Origin: a virus
Taxonomy: Duplodnaviria > Heunggongvirae > Uroviricota > Caudoviricetes
Strand: one strand, 5' to 3'
DNA: 11,111 bases
Virus record (IMG/VR): IMGVR_UViG_2563366932_000013
Position 1 is the stretch's first letter. Each line of letters opens with the position of its first letter. A model generated the notes under the pieces. The model was given only the letters and a program-made list of their open reading frames with translations. It was not told the DNA's origin and made no database searches. A program made the translations under genes and the position numbers. This document shows, piece by piece, positions 9,182 to 11,111 of the stretch.

Positions 9182-9477
9182 CTGTATGTCTTATTGATAA
9201 ACGTCGACGTGGGCAACAAATACCATCTGTTGAAATGCCGAATCACACATGGTTTTGCGTACTTGATATCGATGGTATGGATTCGTTGGTTGACACTCGT
9301 CATTACTGCGATACCGCAACAGCTACTCCGGCGAAAGCAAAGAAAATGGCTGCTCTGATAGAAAACTGGACTCCACCTGATGGTTGGTGCAATGGGAATG
9401 ATCGAGATTGGCACGAAAAAATGAAGGGCTATATCTGCGATTTTTTACGTAAATGCAACGGCTTCAGGGGGATGTGA
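9178..9477 (+). CDS. Hypothetical Cys-rich protein (99 aa)
   Basis: GTG start at 9178 overlapping the previous stop (GTGA), with a strong SD AAAGGAGG 6 nt upstream. Six cysteines. Not recognised. Confidence 0.5.
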   Translation: MTVCLIDKRRRGQQIPSVEMPNHTWFCVLDIDGMDSLVDTRHYCDTATATPAKAKKMAALIENWTPPDGWCNGNDRDWHEKMKGYICDFLRKCNGFRGM

Positions 9478-9478
9478 T

Positions 9479-10051
9479 ATGACCAAAATTAACTATCAGG
9501 CACTGCGTGAGGCGGCAGAACGTGCAATTCCGGCAATGGAACGCCTGTTAATGTTGCCAGTTGATGATGATTTGTTAAGTGAACAGGAACTTAAGGATTA
9601 CGGTGTGGATATTGATGCGCTCAACGCCTTCAAATTTCTGACCGGACCAGAAACCGTGCTGGCGCTGCTGGATGAACGGGAAAGAAACCAGCAATACATC
9701 AAACGCCGCGACCAGGAGAACGAGGAAATTGCGCTAACGGTAGGGAAGCTGCGCGTTGAGCTGGAAGCTGCAGAGAAGCGCATTGCAGAACTGGAAGCCG
9801 AACCTGTAAGCCAAACTTACAAGTTGAACGAGCTGTCGGGCAACTATCCGGTAACTCCGGATGGTTGGATAAGCTGTAGTGAGCGAATGCCCGCTCAAGA
9901 TGATTGGATTTTAATTTATTCAAAGCACGGCGAGTATATGGCAGGACAGGTACAAGGGGAATACGTGGAGTTGAGCGACGGCACTTTATCGTGGTTAGGG
10001 AACGCCTTGTACTGGATGCCTCTACCGGAACCGCCGCAGGAGGTTAATTGA
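9479..10051 (+). CDS. Ead/Ea22-like protein with C-terminal DUF551-like domain
   Basis: ATG 9479 with SD AGGGGGA. N-terminus MTKINYQALREAAERA and C-terminal W...SERMPAQDDWILIY...WMPLPEPP pattern resemble prophage Ead/Ea22-family DUF551 proteins as I recall them. Confidence 0.6.
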   Translation: MTKINYQALREAAERAIPAMERLLMLPVDDDLLSEQELKDYGVDIDALNAFKFLTGPETVLALLDERERNQQYIKRRDQENEEIALTVGKLRVELEAAEKRIAELEAEPVSQTYKLNELSGNYPVTPDGWISCSERMPAQDDWILIYSKHGEYMAGQVQGEYVELSDGTLSWLGNALYWMPLPEPPQEVN

Positions 10052-10245
10052 TGGTCTCCTTCGCGAAATATACGATTATTGACTGGATAGCATTCATTCA
10101 GGTTTTGCTCATCTGGTTTTATATGGCTTACAGGAGTGGACAGTGGATTGTCAGTGTAGCCTGTAGCAATGGATGGCGTTGGTGGAACCGAAAGAATAAA
10201 AAAAGCGCTGGCCTTGGCTTCGTTTTACGAAGCATTCAATCTTAA
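10051..10245 (+). CDS. Small hydrophobic protein (64 aa), one predicted transmembrane helix
   Basis: ATG 10051 overlapping the upstream stop, SD GGAGG 7 nt upstream. Hydrophobic stretch IIDWIAFIQVLLIWFYMAY followed by a Trp/Arg-rich tail. Confidence 0.4.
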   Translation: MVSFAKYTIIDWIAFIQVLLIWFYMAYRSGQWIVSVACSNGWRWWNRKNKKSAGLGFVLRSIQS

Positions 10246-10328
10246 CAGTCTTCAGCCTGGTTCTGTCGTTGTAGTCACCACTCAAAGCGGCATGACGATA
10301 CAAATTCACAAGCCAAAGGAGGAAGGTC

Positions 10329-10613
10329 GTGGCTAACCTGCAACTTGCCGTTAAAGGTGAATACTTCGATGCCATGATTCGCGGAGAGAAAACGGAAGAG
10401 TATCGCCTGTGTAATGACTACTGGAATAAGCGAATTATGTTCCGCGAGTATGACCGCCTGATTATCACAAAGGGATATCCGAAGCGCGACGATTCCAGCC
10501 GCAGAATTGACGTCCCGTATGACGGATATGAAATCAAGACAATCACACATCCGCACTTCGGCGATAAACCGGTAAAGGTGTTCGCTATAAAGGTGAATAT
10601 CGACAATGAATGA
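10329..10613 (+). CDS. ASCH / DUF3850-like (PUA-like beta-barrel) protein
   Basis: GTG start 10329 with a strong SD AAAGGAGGAAGG upstream. LQLAVKGEYFDAMIRGEKTEEYR... resembles ASCH-domain prophage proteins from memory. Confidence 0.5.
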   Translation: MANLQLAVKGEYFDAMIRGEKTEEYRLCNDYWNKRIMFREYDRLIITKGYPKRDDSSRRIDVPYDGYEIKTITHPHFGDKPVKVFAIKVNIDNE

Positions 10614-10614
10614 T

Positions 10615-10670
10615 AATCCTCGCACTCGCGGGGATTTCTTTTATCTGAACTCGCTACGGCGGGTTTTGTT
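10615..10670 (+). terminator. Tandem hairpin / U-tract terminator-like region after the ASCH-like gene
   Basis: Hairpin AATCCTCGC-ACTC-GCGGGGATT (10615-10636) followed by TCTTTTAT. A second short hairpin CTCGC-TACG-GCGGG (10650-10663) is followed by TTTTGTTTT. Confidence 0.4.
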
Positions 10671-10685
10671 TTATGGAGATGATAA

Positions 10686-10853
10686 ATGCACTTCCGAGTC
10701 ACAGGTGAATGGAATGGAGAGCCATTCAACAGAGTTATCGAAGCAGAGAACATCAACGACTGCTATGACCACTGGATGCTGTGGGCGCAGATAGCACATG
10801 CAGACGTAACTAATATTCGAATTGAAGAACTGAAAGAACACCAAGCCGCCTGA
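10686..10853 (+). CDS. Small hypothetical protein (55 aa)
   Basis: Not in the ORF track (below its length cut-off). ATG 10686 with SD GGAGA 6 nt upstream; hand-translated as MHFRVTGEWNGEPFNRVIEAENINDCYDHWMLWAQIAHADVTNIRIEELKEHQAA, stop TGA 10851-10853, ending inside a terminator hairpin. Confidence 0.4.
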   Translation: MHFRVTGEWNGEPFNRVIEAENINDCYDHWMLWAQIAHADVTNIRIEELKEHQAA

Positions 10854-10866
10854 TGGCGGTTTTTTA
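10844..10866 (+). terminator. Rho-independent terminator
   Basis: Stem AGCCGCC / GGCGGTT (10844-10850 and 10855-10861) with loop TGAT, followed by a T run to 10865. Confidence 0.55.
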
Positions 10867-10910
10867 TTGCCTGATTTGCAGGTTCGATTCCCTATTCGGA
10901 GATAGCACTC

Positions 10911-11111
10911 ATGCAACACGAACTACAACCTGATTCACTGGTTGATTTGAAATTCATCATGGCCGATACTGGCTTCGGTAAAACCTTCATCTATGACCGG
11001 ATTAAGTCCGGCGACCTGCCAAAAGCCAAAGTTATCCACGGGCGAGCAAGATGGTTATATCGTGACCATTGTGAATTCAAAAATAAGCTCTTAAGCCGCG
11101 CCAATGGGTAA
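10911..11111 (+). CDS. AlpA-family helix-turn-helix regulator / excisionase-like protein
   Basis: 66-aa ORF, ATG 10911 with SD GGAGA. LVDLKFIMADTGFGKTFIYDRIKSGDLPKAKVIHGRARWLYRDHCEF fits the AlpA / phage excisionase HTH pattern (recognition helix with TIY, then a basic wing with W). Stop TAA is the last three bases of the window. Confidence 0.7.
   Translation: MQHELQPDSLVDLKFIMADTGFGKTFIYDRIKSGDLPKAKVIHGRARWLYRDHCEFKNKLLSRANG

Noticed and set aside
8617-9414. 265-aa minus-strand ORF
   Set aside because: Ser-rich low-complexity product, antisense to three co-oriented plus-strand ORFs that have Shine-Dalgarno sequences and translational coupling; judged a shadow ORF.
10218-10234. Perfect 6-bp hairpin GCTTCG-TTTTA-CGAAGC
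   Set aside because: It lies inside the coding region of the small membrane ORF and is not followed by a U tract, so it is not a convincing terminator.
10606-10794. 62-aa ORF from the track, overlapping the end of the ASCH-like gene
   Set aside because: The product is Arg/Thr/Ser-rich and not protein-like, and it spans a terminator-like hairpin region. The alternative-frame 55-aa ORF at 10686..10853 has a proper Shine-Dalgarno sequence and ends at a terminator, so it was preferred.
10875-10900. tRNA-like T-loop motif GGTTCGATTCC upstream of the AlpA-family gene, considered as a tRNA fragment or att core
   Set aside because: The flanking bases cannot form a 5-bp T-stem (only two pairs) and no acceptor-stem/CCA context follows; likely coincidental.

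Overview
This window reads as a heavily reduced P22-like, E. coli K1-specific prophage, CUS-3-like, identified by sequence reading and memory only (no database search was possible). Left to right: a P4-type tyrosine integrase (1-1158, +); an AT-rich cassette carrying a hexapeptide-repeat O-acetyltransferase whose 5-prime coding region holds 18 perfect copies of the heptanucleotide AAGACTC (neuO-type phase-variable polysialic acid O-acetyltransferase, 1398-2174, -); a 981-aa tailspike with a P22 gp9-like head-binding N-terminus, two sialidase Asp-boxes and a C-terminal chaperone-like domain (endosialidase, 2328-5273, -); a minus-strand terminator and a 5-prime-truncated gene stub; a complete 1250-bp IS911-like IS3-family element (5583-6832) with an intact A6G frameshift site; then a plus-strand early-left operon segment (cIII-like, small ORF, erf, SSB-like, several uncharacterised small ORFs including an Ead/Ea22 DUF551-like and an ASCH-like protein) ending in an AlpA-family regulator at the window end. 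All virion structural, lysis, replication and immunity genes expected between the tailspike and cIII are absent, and the IS sits at that junction without a target-site duplication. The element therefore looks like an IS-associated deletion remnant that has kept the integrase, the capsule-modifying gene and the capsule-degrading tailspike. The most interesting points are the in-frame (ON) state of the neuO repeat tract, the orphaned endosialidase, the IS911 junction, and the unannotated early accessory ORFs as candidate anti-defence genes.
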